Made by a program: the position numbers and the translations under genes. A model generated the notes under the pieces. It did not search any database. It was not told the DNA's origin and worked only from the letters and a program-made list of their open reading frames with translations. Positions 13,873 through 26,152 of a DNA stretch of 64,000 nucleotides are shown piece after piece. Source of the DNA: Octopus sinensis. Lineage: Eukaryota. Where the stretch lies: assembly GCF_006345805.1 (NCBI RefSeq), contig NC_043001.1:81530001-81594000 (forward strand). Direction: 5' to 3'. Numbering within the stretch: position 1 is the first letter of the stretch; each line of letters begins with the position of its first letter.

Positions 13873-14845
13873 AAATTCGAGACAAGACAGCAAATTGTGA
13901 TAATGTCAATTCATTAATGATTGAAGAGAATTATAGCAACTTTTATTTACTTTCTCTGTTTGTCTACTCTTTTATTTGAGGAAATAATTCAGCCGTAATT
14001 CTTCATTAGGACCATAACACACATACAAACATTATTTTTTAATCAGAAGTGACTCCAAAGACCGAGTTTGGTTAGCGCTAGCCCACGAAACTCTCATCCC
14101 TTGAGTCATTCCACTGATAAAAAAAAACAAATAAACCAGGGGAGAATTCTGGTTTAAGCACGACATAACTTTTTATATTTTGGAATTTTCGGAAATGTTT
14201 TGGGAATTTGTGAACAGGAATCACACTACCCGTTTTCGGCGGTTAGGGTTACGCCGAAAACGGCTAGTGTGCGTATTCTTCACCTTCGCCAGTTTTTCTA
14301 CACACTGGAATTTAAACGATTATCTAAAAAAAAAAAAAAAAAATGCTTTAATAACTGCCCTCCCCACCAAATCCTAAAATTTCTACTCTTTTTCGATTTC
14401 TAAAAAAATCTGATTTTAAAAGACGGACAGTCGGAATTTTTTTTGCTTAATCCTCACCAATGGAACATTAAATATGATTATGGAGAGAAAAAATATTGAA
14501 AATCATCAATACACATTAGAGTAACGAAGAAACGAGGAAAGTATCAGGTGGTCGTGAGATGTGCGAAAAACAACAGCTAGATCGCCCTTAAGTCACACAC
14601 CAGTTTAAAAAATTTTTTTTTTTATATGTGCACATTCATGTTTTATCCTGTTTGTACTAACAAACCTATACACATCTCTTTCTCTCTCTACACACACATG
14701 TATTATATATATATAAACATACATCTTTCTCTTTCTCTCTGCATTATAAATATATAGAGAAAGAGAAATGGATAGATAAACATCAATGTTTACGAATTTA
14801 TACATTTAACGTATTATGTCAAATTCCCAATTATCAAGAGCAAAA

Positions 14846-14906
14846 GCGGAAGTTGCCTGAATTACTTGCCCTTTACTACCCAGAATCCCGTAGTCTTTCT
14901 TTTTCC
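14846..14906 (+). promoter_or_regulatory. RPL18: RPL18 core promoter: ETS/GABP-like GCGGAAGT and TCT initiator / 5'TOP tract
   Basis: GCGGAAGT at 14846-14853; TCTTTCTTTTTCC at 14894-14906, 14 nt before the ATG; typical of ribosomal protein genes. Confidence 0.8.
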
Positions 14907-14919
14907 GCTGATATCCACC

Positions 14920-14922
14920 ATG
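14920..14922 (+). CDS. RPL18: RPL18 exon 1 coding part (ATG only)
   Basis: CCACC-ATG followed by donor GTGAGT; joins in frame to exon 2. Confidence 0.9.
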
Positions 14923-15047
14923 GTGAGTTTGTGCTGATTCTAGCGATGAAATCTTTTGCTTATAATCTAATGAATCCGTTGTTAATTTTACCAAAATGGT
15001 TTTGCTTACGCTTATTAATCACTCTTCTTTGATATATCTACTGACAG

Positions 15048-15134
15048 GGTATCGATATTTGCCATCGATTTGAGAGGAAAGTGAGGAGAAAAGCCCCCAA
15101 AAGCAATGATATCTATCTCAGGTTACTCGTCAAG
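15048..15134 (+). CDS. RPL18: RPL18 exon 2
   Basis: [29 protein letters not shown]; CAG/GTAAG boundaries; matches eL18 N-terminus. Confidence 0.97.
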
Positions 15135-16372
15135 GTAAGACCACCACATGCGCTTTATTTCTTGTTATATTATGTTAAATATCTTCTTTTTCAACATTAT
15201 ATTATATAAATGACTAATGTATGGAAAAAAATCCATCCAAATATGTGCATAACTTGTATAAAATTCTATTTCTTCCCACGCACACGTGAACGAAAATAAA
15301 AATGGTCTAATGTATAGTGGAAGCCGCTTATTGTTATCACTTGCGGTTTTTTTTTCCCCCCCGACAGTAATCGTAATTAGTGGATATTGTTACATTCTTT
15401 GTTTAATGTTAGCTCGTTTATTGTTAAGGGAGGTTTTGTTCAAATGATCCCAAAAAGCGGATTCTCGGCGGAATGAAATGAGATTGAAGAATTTGATTCG
15501 CTTAAACTTCAATAATATTAAACGTTGGATATTTTTTACTGCCTCTATCACTTGCAACCTCGTACTGAGATTGGCTTAATTGCAATATTTACATAAAACT
15601 CCCACCGTGGGGACACAAGACAAATATACTCCACGTGTAAGTTTTAAGGCATCACCGTTATGGCGATGAATACGCACACTCGGTGTTTAGGGTTACGCCG
15701 AAAACGGGTGGTGTGCGTATGAAAGCAACTGTATTTGGACATAAAAATAGGGGTTGGTTGTTAGACGGTGTATTGTCATCCCCTTAGCTGTCCTTAATGA
15801 TTAATGATTAATGTTGTAGTCAATATCCTTCTGCTCCTTTAATATAAAAGCTTTAGGTTAGAGTCTACAGGGGCCGGGGTTTGCGTTGTGTACAGGCTGT
15901 GTATTGTTTTCCACAACATTTATTCACTGTTATATATAGTAATTGAGCCACGTGGGTGTTGTTAAACTTGAAGCATAAGTATTCCAACCATGGCCATCAC
16001 ATTTGTAAATAACTTCGTTGATATATGTAACGAATGCTTGGAATTAGTTTACTTATGTGAAATGAAACACCTTAATTCAATCCTTTTGATACTAAACCGC
16101 CTATGGTACAAACTTATTTTAAAGTGATCTAAATTTAAAACTTGAGACAAGAATGCTAATTTATGTTCCCGACACCAGGTTGAGTTATATTCGAATTTAA
16201 TTAAAACAAAGCCAATATGTCTAAGAGTTAAAACATTAAAATACAGTGGAAAGAAAAGTATAAGGTGCATCTTTATTGGAGATGATGGGATAGAGATTTG
16301 TCATAGTTCAGGTAGTAATCACTTATTGAAATGTAGTAGACAAAATTCTGCACATGTAGGATGTAGAATGGT

Positions 16373-16424
16373 TGTCTCCGATGAAGTGAAAATAATTCTG
16401 ATTCTTTTGCAGCTGCTGGAGACA
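16373..16424 (+). pseudogene. Degenerate family A C/D snoRNA copy (A1)
   Basis: TGTCTCC...GGAGACA stem and D' CTGA retained; C' box and D guide deleted. Confidence 0.45.
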
Positions 16425-17789
16425 CCATTTCTGTAGGTGATCGACCACACTTTGATACAATCATGTGGTTCTTTGAATGATCATTCACATAGTTGGGTAG
16501 TTACATACTTGCATCATCATATAATTTTTTTTTTCGGTTGGTTTTTAAATGCAAGATTAAGGTGAACATTAAATAGTCCTTTAAACAGATTAGTACATTG
16601 AGGGGACAGGTTTATTTATATATATATACACACATACATACAGTGTAAGAAAAGAAACATGACCGTGTGATTTTTTGTGTTCATAGCTCACAAATAGGCA
16701 GAAACATCCTTATTTTTGACTGGAAAACCATACGGCTGCCTGCAATTTGGGTTCAAAAAATTAAAACCCATAGAAAATGTATGATGTATTGAGCTCCATT
16801 GTCTTCATAGTGCCAACACCACTTAAAGTGTTTTATGTTTTTTCTTATTATTATTTGAAAACGGATTAATTTTCTGCTGCATTCTAATATATAGATATAG
16901 GAAGAAGGTAAGCTTCAAGGTGTAGGAAGTTAGTGTGCTTCAAGCAGTCTTTAGAAGAAATAAAAATACAACTTTCAGGAACAATAGAGGTTTATTGGCA
17001 CAGGAAGTTGTGTATTTTCCATGTATTGAATAAAAAAGGTTATTTTACAGTTCATGGTTAGCAACTGGGATTGCTGTATATGCAAATAAAACATCCAAAA
17101 TTAGGGAATGGGGGAAGATGTAATCCAGGCTACATGTTTCATAGCTAGCGGAACCTTGGAAGTAGTAATTATCCAAACAAATGGTAGATCGCAAGCTATA
17201 CTTTGTGCCAAGAATATGTTGATTACTCAGTTTACCTTGTCATTGGGAGATCCCATTTATTGGATACATTAGCTGCATGTTGGGTGGGCTCAGAGGGTAA
17301 AAACCTACTGAAAATGCAGTGTTTCTTTTAAATTCAATTAGCAAAATGTCTCAGTATCTGGGGAAGCATTATACTCCTATCGAGTCCACATGGGATCTTC
17401 TATAAAGTTGCTTGATTTTAGATATATACTATTTACTCTTGCATCTGTTCAACCCTTTTGCTACTATCTTTTTAAACTACACTGTCTTAATTTTAATGTT
17501 ATTCAGCTATTTCAAACAATTTTGATGGCAGTTTTAATATTACATCACTTCAAAACAGGTTGTTATCAAAAGAGCTTATTCATTAATGACAATATTTATT
17601 AACAGTTAGGGTAGTATCTGAAAAGGTTGGTTAACTATCAGACAACAGAATATAGTGTCTAAAGTGGTAGACTCTCTGGAAAGATTTTTTGAGACCCAGA
17701 GCTGCTGGCACAGGTACACAACCAGTGTTAGCAGCTTTTAATTTGGAAATGTAGATTAAGTGGTTCTAGTGGGTAAATTAGAGTATGAG

Positions 17790-17861
17790 TGTCTCAATGA
17801 GGAAGAAAAATTCTGATTATCTTTGTGATGACCTTTCAGGATCACCCAACTGATGGAGACA
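17790..17861 (+). ncRNA. Box C/D snoRNA candidate, family A (A2)
   Basis: TGTCTC stem, ATGAGGA (C), CTGA (D'), GTGATGA (C'), CTGA (D), GAGACA. Confidence 0.7.
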
Positions 17862-19105
17862 CAACTACTAATGACGGTTGTTAAATGCAATATTAGTCTA
17901 TCAGAGCATCAGTGCCCGTTTAAATGATTGGGTTGGCCATATCCAGCCAAAATATTGTATTTGTTTTGTTCAAACTGGCTGAGTTTGGCCTCTTACACCT
18001 ACTCTACAATGTCATTCTAAAAGTATGCAATCAAAGCTGAGAGATATGGCATGAGTAATTGAAAACAAGCGATGTGGGTAAAATAAGCATTGCATTTGAC
18101 AGTAATCTGAATACTAAAGGCAGCTGGTCTTGTAACTAAACAAGAAGCCACTGGTACATATCTTGTTTGTCAACTGGTTCTTGGGTTGGAGAGTCTCCCT
18201 CAGTGAAAATTATAATGTTCCTAGTTGTATGCCGAGCAAGTGTCTTCTACCATAATCTCATTAGATCAAATCTGAAGGAGATATAAACAGGCCATTGGTT
18301 CTAGCACCTTTCAATTCTTTAGGCTGTTTCCTTTTTCATTTAAGTTTAGAAAATGGAGAAATGTAGCGTTAATGAGTGCAAGTGCTAGGGTTGATACTGA
18401 TATGTCACCTTACAGGTTTCTTCTTTTCTAATAAATTACATAGATCCAAATGTTTGTCATTTTCCAACTTCGTTTTATGCTCATAAACTTGCTGACTGGA
18501 GTTGGTTAGGTTGAAAGGATCCAACTGTTGGCTCTATTGTTTGCTTTGACTGTCTTAGTGCCAACCATTCAACAGTGAATGCTGGGTAGTCCCTCCCTAT
18601 TTTTTTTTTTTTAATCCTAAAATTTGAAGGATAGTTGACTTCGTGCTGCATTCCAGGGTCATCGAGAAAGGTTTCCATGATTTCAAAATTAAATAGTTAA
18701 ATCTGTATTAAAGGTATACTATTTATTTATACACCAAAACACGGAAAATCTTAAATTTTTCTTGTATTACTTAGTAGGTTTCAATATGAGCTCCCTTTGT
18801 TGCACGGCAAATACCTAAGCAATAGTCAACCTCCCTCCAGGTGCGCTGAATCATATCAGGATTCACAGTCACTATTGCTGCATAGATTCTTGCTTTTTTT
18901 CTGCGTAGAAATTTCCGGTTTCTTTAAAAAGGTTAAAACAACTGACTTAAACTCAGTGTGATGCATCTCACACTGCGCTTTCTGCTGTACAGTTGCCACA
19001 ATTTCTGTGGAGTGACTGGTCAGATGCTCACTAATGAAATAGTGATTTCAGCCAGGTTGATAACGAAAGGGTTAAGTGGTTCTAGGGTTTAAATTAGAAT
19101 AGTAG

Positions 19106-19179
19106 TGTCTCAATGAGGAAGAAAGAATTCTGATCATCTTTTATGATGACTAGTCAGGATCACCCAACTGATGGAGACA
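19106..19179 (+). ncRNA. Box C/D snoRNA candidate, family A (A3)
   Basis: Same box layout with ATGATGA as C'; extended terminal stem TAGTAGTGTCTC/GAGACACCACTACTA. Confidence 0.72.
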
Positions 19180-19877
19180 CCACTACTAATGTCAGTTGTT
19201 AAATGCGATATTAGACTACCAGACCATCTGCAAATATCAAAACTCTTACAGCTGTTCTACAGTCCCACATCGATTTCATGCAGATTGCTTGCTTATAGCT
19301 AGTGCATCTGACAACTAAAATCACAGAAACCTTTCCCGGTGACCCTGTATTGGCTGCAACAAGCTGGATATATAAAGTAAACTTAGTGGTTGCCATTACA
19401 ATTGAATTGTACGTCATCTTGCATCCGTTTAAACCTTTTATCATCATAACATCATTATTCGGTTATCAAAGGAGTTGATAATATTTACTAACAGTTATGG
19501 TATTATCCGAAAAGGTTGGTTAACTTATAGAGTGTCTAAAGTAAGGCAGCGAGCTGGCAGGAACATTAGCACACTGGATGAAATGCTTAGGGGTATTTCG
19601 TCTGTCTTTACATTCTGAGTTCAAATTCCGTCGAGGTTGACTTGGCCTTTCATCCTTTTGGGGTTGATAAATTAAGTACCAGTGGTGTACTGGAGTCAAT
19701 CAACTTGACCCCCCCCCCCCCCCCACACCAAAACAAAATTTCTGTCCTTGTGTCTAGAGAACAGAATATAGTGCCTAAAGTGGTAGACTCTCTGGAAATT
19801 TATTTTTTTTATAGACCCAGCGTTGCTGGCACAGGTACATTTCCTGTGTGTTAGCTTTTAATTTGGAAATGTAGATT

Positions 19878-20090
19878 AACCATTTCGTTAACTGTATTTA
19901 TTTTGAGATGCTCTCTGTTTCTTTCAATTAGTTTAAATATAACAAAGAATTTAGTAAAACAACTTAATCATTCAGCTAGTGTTAGGAACATAAATTGTGA
20001 CTAAGGTTTGGTGGAAGATTTTGAAAACAAGACATTTGTACTACAGAGCCAGAGCCGGTTTCAGCCAGGTTGATAATGAAATGGTTAACT
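19878..20090. mobile_element. piggyBac-type MITE at TTAA (related copies at 21031-21245 and 24310-24515)
   Basis: TTAA-CC(A/C)TTTCGTTA...AAA(T/G)GG-TTAA termini. Confidence 0.75.
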
Positions 20091-20118
20091 GGTTCTAGGG
20101 TTTAAATTAGAATAGTAG

Positions 20119-20192
20119 TGTCTCAATGAGGAAGAAAGAATTCTGATCATCTTTTATGATGACTAGTCAGGATCACCCAACTGATGGAGACA
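20119..20192 (+). ncRNA. Box C/D snoRNA candidate, family A (A4)
   Basis: Identical to A3. Confidence 0.72.
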
Positions 20193-21275
20193 CCACTACT
20201 AATGTCAGTTGTTAAATGCGATATTAGACTACCAGACCATCTGCAATTCTAGTGCCCGTTAGAAGACTAAACCCATTAGCATTAAATTGTTGGAGCCCTG
20301 GGAACAGTGAGCAAAAATCTCGAAGTACGTGGAACAAATAGGGGCTGCAATAAGGGGGAGCACTTGCTGAAAACAGCACTGCTTGGAACCAATAGGCCAT
20401 ATCCAGCCACTTTTGTTTCAATAAGTTATGTAGATCTAAATGTTTGTTATTTTCATGCAGATTGCTTGCTTATAGCTAGTGCATCTGACAACTAAAATCA
20501 CAGAAACCTTTCTCGGTGACCCTGTATTGGCTGCAACAAGCTGGATATATAAAGTAAACTTAGTGGTTGCCATTACAATTGAATTGTACGTCATCTTGCA
20601 TCCGTTTAAACCTTTTATCATCATAACATCATTATTCGGTTATCAAAGGAGCTTATTCATTGATAATATTTAACAGTTATGGTATTATCCGAAAAGGTTG
20701 GTTAACTTATAGAGTGTCTAAAGTAAGGCAGTGAGCTGGCAGGAACATTAGCACACTGGATGAAATGCTTAGGGGTATTTCGTCTGTCTTTACATTCTGA
20801 GATCAAATTCCGTCGAGGTTGACTTCGCCTTTCATCCTTTTGGGGGTCGATAAATTAAGTACCAGTGGTGTACTGGAGTCAATCAACTTGCCCCCCCCCC
20901 CCACAACATTTCTGTCCTTGTGTCTAGAGCAGAATAGAATATAGTGCCTAAAGTGGTAAACTCTCTGGAAATTTTTTTTTTTTTTATAGACCCAGCGCTG
21001 CTGGCACAGGTACATTTCCTGTGTGTAGATTAACCCTTTCGTTAACTGTATTTATTTTGAGATGCTCTGTGTTTCTTTCAATTAGTTTAAATATAACAAA
21101 GAATTTAGTAAAACAACTTAGTTATCATTCAGCTAGTGTTAGGAACATAAATTGTGACTAAGGTTTGGTGGAAGATTTTGAAAACAAGACAGTTGTACTA
21201 CAGAGCCTGAGCCGGTTTCAGCCAGGTTGATAATGAAAGGGTTAACTGGTTCTAGAGTTTAAATTAAAATAGTAG

Positions 21276-21346
21276 TGTCTCAATGAGGAAGAAAGAATTC
21301 TGATCTTTTATGATGACTAGTCAGGATCACCCAACTGATGGAGACA
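21276..21346 (+). ncRNA. Box C/D snoRNA candidate, family A (A5)
   Basis: As A3, with a 3-nt deletion between D' and C'. Confidence 0.7.
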
Positions 21347-22282
21347 CCACTACTAATGTCAGTGGTTAAATGCAATATTAGACTACATCTGCATTCTAGT
21401 GTCCGTTAGAAGACTAACCCATTAGCTTTAAAATAGGCCATATCCAGCCACTTTTGTTCCAATAAGTTATATGCAGATCTAAATGTTTGTCATTTTCCAA
21501 CTTCATTTTATGCTCATATCCTTGCTGACTAGAGTTAGGTTGAAAAGTATGGAGAAATGTAGGGTTAGTGGGTGCAAGTGCTCGGGTTGATACTGTTGTC
21601 CTGTCACTTTACAGGCTTCTCCTTTTGTTCTACTAAATTATGTAGATACAAATGTTTGTGGCACTTTCCACCTTGTCTTCATTTTATGCTCATATCCTTG
21701 CTGACTGGAGCTGGTTAGGTTGAAAAGATCCGACTAGTGCTATGGGCTTTATTGTTTGCTTTGACCATCTTAGTACCAACCACTAAATAGTGAGTGTTAG
21801 GTAGTAGTCTGTTCCACTTTGTTTTTTTAATCATAAATTCGAAGGACAATTAACTTTCTGCCACTTTCTGATATATATTACCAGCAACAGGCTGGGTGTA
21901 GAAAGTAAACTTAATGGTTATCTTTATGATTAGATCTATACATCATCTTGTATCCATTTTAAACCGTTTTAAATCATCATAACATTACTTCAAAACAGGT
22001 TTTTATTATAGATCCAGAGGTGATATCTGGCAGGTTGTCATCAAGAGTTAATTCATTTGATGCCAATATTATTAACAGTTAGAGTACTATCTGAAGAGGT
22101 TGGTTAACTAGTAGACAACAGAATGTGGGGTTTTATATGCTAGACTCTTTGGAGAAGGTTTATTTTTTGAGACTCAGAGCATCTGGCAGAAGTACACATC
22201 CTGCCTCTGTTAGCAACTTTGGGTCTCCAATTAAACTCGGAAATGCTGTAGATTAAATTGCTCAGGAGTGTCAGTGTATGAG

Positions 22283-22346
22283 TGTCTCAGTGAGGAAGAA
22301 GAATTCTGATTATCTTTTGTGATGACCTTTCAGGATGATGGAGGCA
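22283..22346 (+). pseudogene. Degenerate family A copy (A6)
   Basis: Boxes C, D' and C' present; the CACCCAACT segment (guide and part of D box) is deleted. Confidence 0.55.
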
Positions 22347-23323
22347 CTTTTACTGTTGCTAGATGTGATTTTATAGGCTCTCAGACAAACCTAACTGGCT
22401 TTTAAATGATTTTGTGTAGTTAACATGTAGAATTCTTGTGAAATAACTCCATATGGAATCACTAGGAGTTCCTTCTACCAAATACAATGGTGCAGTTAAT
22501 TTATTTATAAGACAGAAGACAAGATTTTGGTTCCCAAGTGATTATTGTATCATGGCTAACGTATTTGATTGTCCTTTTATTCTTAATTTGATTATTATAC
22601 TATCGTCATTCTGAGACAAGGCTGTGAAAGATTTGGCCAAACAATCCACCCCCGGTACTTTATTTTTTACTTTCAAATAGGGTGCTTGCTGACCACTAAA
22701 TTAAGGGAAGTAAACAAACCATCAGTTGTGGTGGTTGGCAAACAGGAAGACATAGTTATATAAGTAGACCAAGTTTATAGAAAAACAAGACGAAGACAGT
22801 TGGAATAACAAGCAGATGTATTAGTTTAATGCTCAGGAAAAAAAGAAATGTCTTTTACGTTTTGAGCCTATGCTCTTTAACGGAAAGGAATGAGGAAAAG
22901 GAGAGGGAGAGAAAAGCTGCAGTGTTCAGTGGTTCAACATGGTGATGCAGCTGGTTGCTACACTTTGTCTACCAGATTGCCTCACAAAGCACTATTTGGT
23001 CCTGGGAGGTGGAGACCATAGCAAAACACTTGATCGAGGTGTCATGCAGTAGGATTGCAAAGCGGGCTGGTTATGCACTTTGATAAATAGCTGCCAGGGA
23101 ATATTCATTGTGAAATCAAAAGTTTTTTCCCTCCTTAAATGTAATTGTCTTTGTCTATGCTATGAAAAGTTATTGTATTTTATTCACATTTGTAGGCCTG
23201 TCGCATGAGCAGGGTTCTGATCACATGAGAAAGCTGATTACAATACTGTTAGCAGCTATGGCTTGTGGAATGGTCTCACCAAGTGATTATACAAACTTGG
23301 TACTGTCTATAAGAGAGTGAGAT

Positions 23324-23394
23324 TGTCTCCAGTGAGGAATTTTAAATTCTAATTTTTGTCATGACCACAAAAGTTGCACAACTTATCGGAGACA
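23324..23394 (+). pseudogene. Degenerate family A copy (A7)
   Basis: TGTCTCC/GGAGACA stem and GTGAGGA; D' and D mutated to CTAA and TTA. Confidence 0.5.
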
Positions 23395-24998
23395 GTTATT
23401 TCTGTCAGGGGCTGAGGGGACTATTGCTATTTAGGTAACCCATGGTATAAATTGGTATTATCAATGGCTGGATCCTTCTCATATCGCTGCCAAAAGGTAA
23501 CCTTTTCTGAAGTCCTTGCATTTGGAATCAGCAGCAGATACAGATTTTAATACTGAAGTTGGGTTCGGTTTTGATGCAACTTATGGTTGCTCTTATGGCA
23601 GTCATTTAACTTTTTGAAAGTTAATGTGGGTACACTTACAGTTTTTAAATTGTTTTTTTTTTTATTCCAACAAACAGGTGTTGCTAGTAAAACCATGGTG
23701 CTTATTTTTGTGTCATTTGTCCAAGTTGGATTCAAAATTTTGTATTCCATCCAAGTCTTCTGCTCAGTATTCCTAGGTGGGTTGTGGGAATTAGGTCCTT
23801 GGGCATCTCCTCCGTAGGGTGCTATCAGAAGCAGTCGACATTAGGCCTTCTGGCAGGGTTCCCGGGCTTGACAAGCTGGGACTGGATATTATCCAACCCT
23901 CTCATTCTCGGTTTACCCCCAGGTTTCCTATTGCTTGGCTCGAAGAATCCATCTTGTGCTTCTTTCCTGCAACATTTTAATCACATCGGTAGTGTGAAAT
24001 GGAGCTGTGAATTCAATGTGGAGAGAAGTAACAGCTCTACTGGGAGAGACTCCGATTTCTGAGCTATGTATTCTGATGAGTAATGTTACTCCAGAGATCT
24101 TCCAGAAGGACCCTGTTTTGGCAACTTATATTCCTGAACACAGGTGAGGACAGGTCCAGAAACTGAATTGAAGATAGTATCTTCAGCATTTTTACTAACC
24201 TCACCACTTCTGAGGATCGACTGTAAGAACTAGCATACTACTGTGCCAGTACCTGTAATTTGAAACCAGATCCAGGATCTCACACCTACCCTACAATGTT
24301 ATTCTACATTAATCCTTTCGTTACCAAACCAGCTCTGTAGTACAAATGTCTTGTTTTCAAAAGTTTTGAATTAAAATCTTCCACCAAACCATACAATTTA
24401 TGTTCCTAACACTAGCTGAATGATAACTAAGTTATTTTACTAAATTATTTGTTATATTTAGAATCAATTGAAAGAAACACAGAGCATCTCAAAATACAGT
24501 AACGAAAGGGTTAAACAATCACATCTTAGAAATCTCAAAGATATGAGATAATGCATGCTTAATTCAAAACAATGTAAATTGATAAGCATTACATTTGACA
24601 AAGAAATCTGAACACTGAGGGGTTTTATTTCTTAATGATGTTCCCAGGTGTGCGTTGGGAAGACTTTCTTCAAGGGGCTTATGTCTGTCATCACAACACT
24701 TTTTCATTGCTGCTTTGAGCACTTAGCAGCAAACCCATACTGCACATGCTGGGGTCATTTGTTTAACCCTTCGGCATTTAAACCAGCCAGATCTGGCATC
24801 ACACACCTATCTTACAATGTAATTGTTAGAATATAAAAACAAGTGACATCACAATCCCAAAGCTGAGATAATACGTGATTAATTGAAAGCAGGTTACAAG
24901 AGCTTTTAAGCAACTGTCTTGTTTACATTGTCTATCAATGATTCCATAAACAGCATATCCTATCTGTATTTGTTCAATGCATCAACTTTATTTTACAG

Positions 24999-25106
24999 CT
25001 TTACCGCTTTTTGGCCCGAAGGACTAACTCCAAGTTCAACAAGATTATTCTGAAGCGTCTCTGCATGAGCAGAAGCAACAGACCACCAGTTCCCCTATCG
25101 CGTATT
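24999..25106 (+). CDS. RPL18: RPL18 exon 3
   Basis: [36 protein letters not shown]; CAG/GTAAGT. Confidence 0.97.
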
Positions 25107-25404
25107 GTAAGTATATTTTTCTTCGGTGTCTTAGGTTGTTGTGGTTAAAATATTATATGCTTCATGTCTTGGGAGTTTTATATTGGAGCTTGTTTAAGCC
25201 AGCCATATCCAATTCTATTTTTCTATGTCCTAACTAGTAGGTCCAGCCTCTCACACTCACCCTACAATGGTGTTGAAATCTGAAAACTCAGAGATAGTGC
25301 ATGGCTAATTTAAAGCAATGTGAATGAGTAAGAATTGCATTTGACAGAGCAATCCAAATGCTAAAGTGTTATGTTCCTTAAAAACTTGACTGTTAATATG
25401 GTGA

Positions 25405-25930
25405 AGGCACATGGCCCAGTGGTTAGTGTCTGGCTCACAATCATGAGGTAGTGGGTTCAATACCCGGACCAGGTTGTGTGTTGTGTTCTTGAGCAAGACA
25501 CTTTATTTCACATTGTTCCAGTCCACTCAGCTGTGGAAGTGAAATGCGACATCACTGGTGCCAAGCTGTATCAGCGTTTGCCTTTCCCTGTGTGGTAAGA
25601 AGCTTGCTTCCCAGCCATGTGGTTCCGGGTTCAGTCCCACTGCATGGCACTTTATGCAAATGTCTCAAGATACTTATACTACAGCCTTGTGAGTGGATTT
25701 GGTAGGCAGAAACTGAAAGAGGTTGTCATGTATGTATTTGTCTTCGTGTGTTTGTTTGTCCCTCCTCCCACCATCACTTGACGACTGATGTTGGTGTGTT
25801 TATGTCCCCATGACCGAGTTCGTCAAAAGAGGCCAATAGAATAAGTTTTGGAGTTGATTTCTTTGACCAAAACCCTTTAAGGCTGTGCTCCAGTGTAGCT
25901 GCAGTCGGATGAATGAAACACATAAAAGAA
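25405..25930 (+). mobile_element. CORE-type SINE with an OR-type SINE joined to it
   Basis: TGGCCCAGTGGTTAG head and TTGAGCAAGACACTTTATTTCAC core; similar copies at 26520-26820, 29100-29400(-), 61240-61630(-) and 63245-63460. Confidence 0.7.
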
Positions 25931-26056
25931 TATAATAAGCATTACATGATAGAATAATCTGGATGCGAAAGGGTTAATTTGAACCCTACTCAAGTTTGTT
26001 GGTATTAATTTATTGTCTCTGGAGTTGCTTCATTTAGCTGCATTTTCTTTGCGTAG

Positions 26057-26152
26057 GTACGACACATGAAGGGACAAGACGAGGATAAGATAGCTGTGGT
26101 TGTTTCTACAGTCACCGATGATATTCGTCTGCACATGGTGCCCAAGTTGAAG
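26057..26152 (+). CDS. RPL18: RPL18 exon 4
   Basis: VRHMKGQDEDKIAVVVSTVTDDIRLHMVPKLK; TAG/GTAAGT; ends in phase 0. Confidence 0.97.

Larger units (their letters stand above)
17400..22350 (+). repeat. Degenerate ~1.0-1.3 kb tandem duplications in RPL18 intron 2
   Basis: Repeated blocks, e.g. 19230-20240 vs 20455-21390, each carrying a family A cassette. Confidence 0.85.

Noticed and set aside
14242-14251. TTAGGG as an interstitial telomere
   Set aside because: Single hexamer inside a hairpin loop, not an array
15430-15600. Two weak hairpins ending in ACA in intron 2
   Set aside because: Structure too loose to call without folding or covariance analysis
24073-24095. CTGATGAG followed by a short stem, resembling a hammerhead
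   Set aside because: No GAAA after stem II
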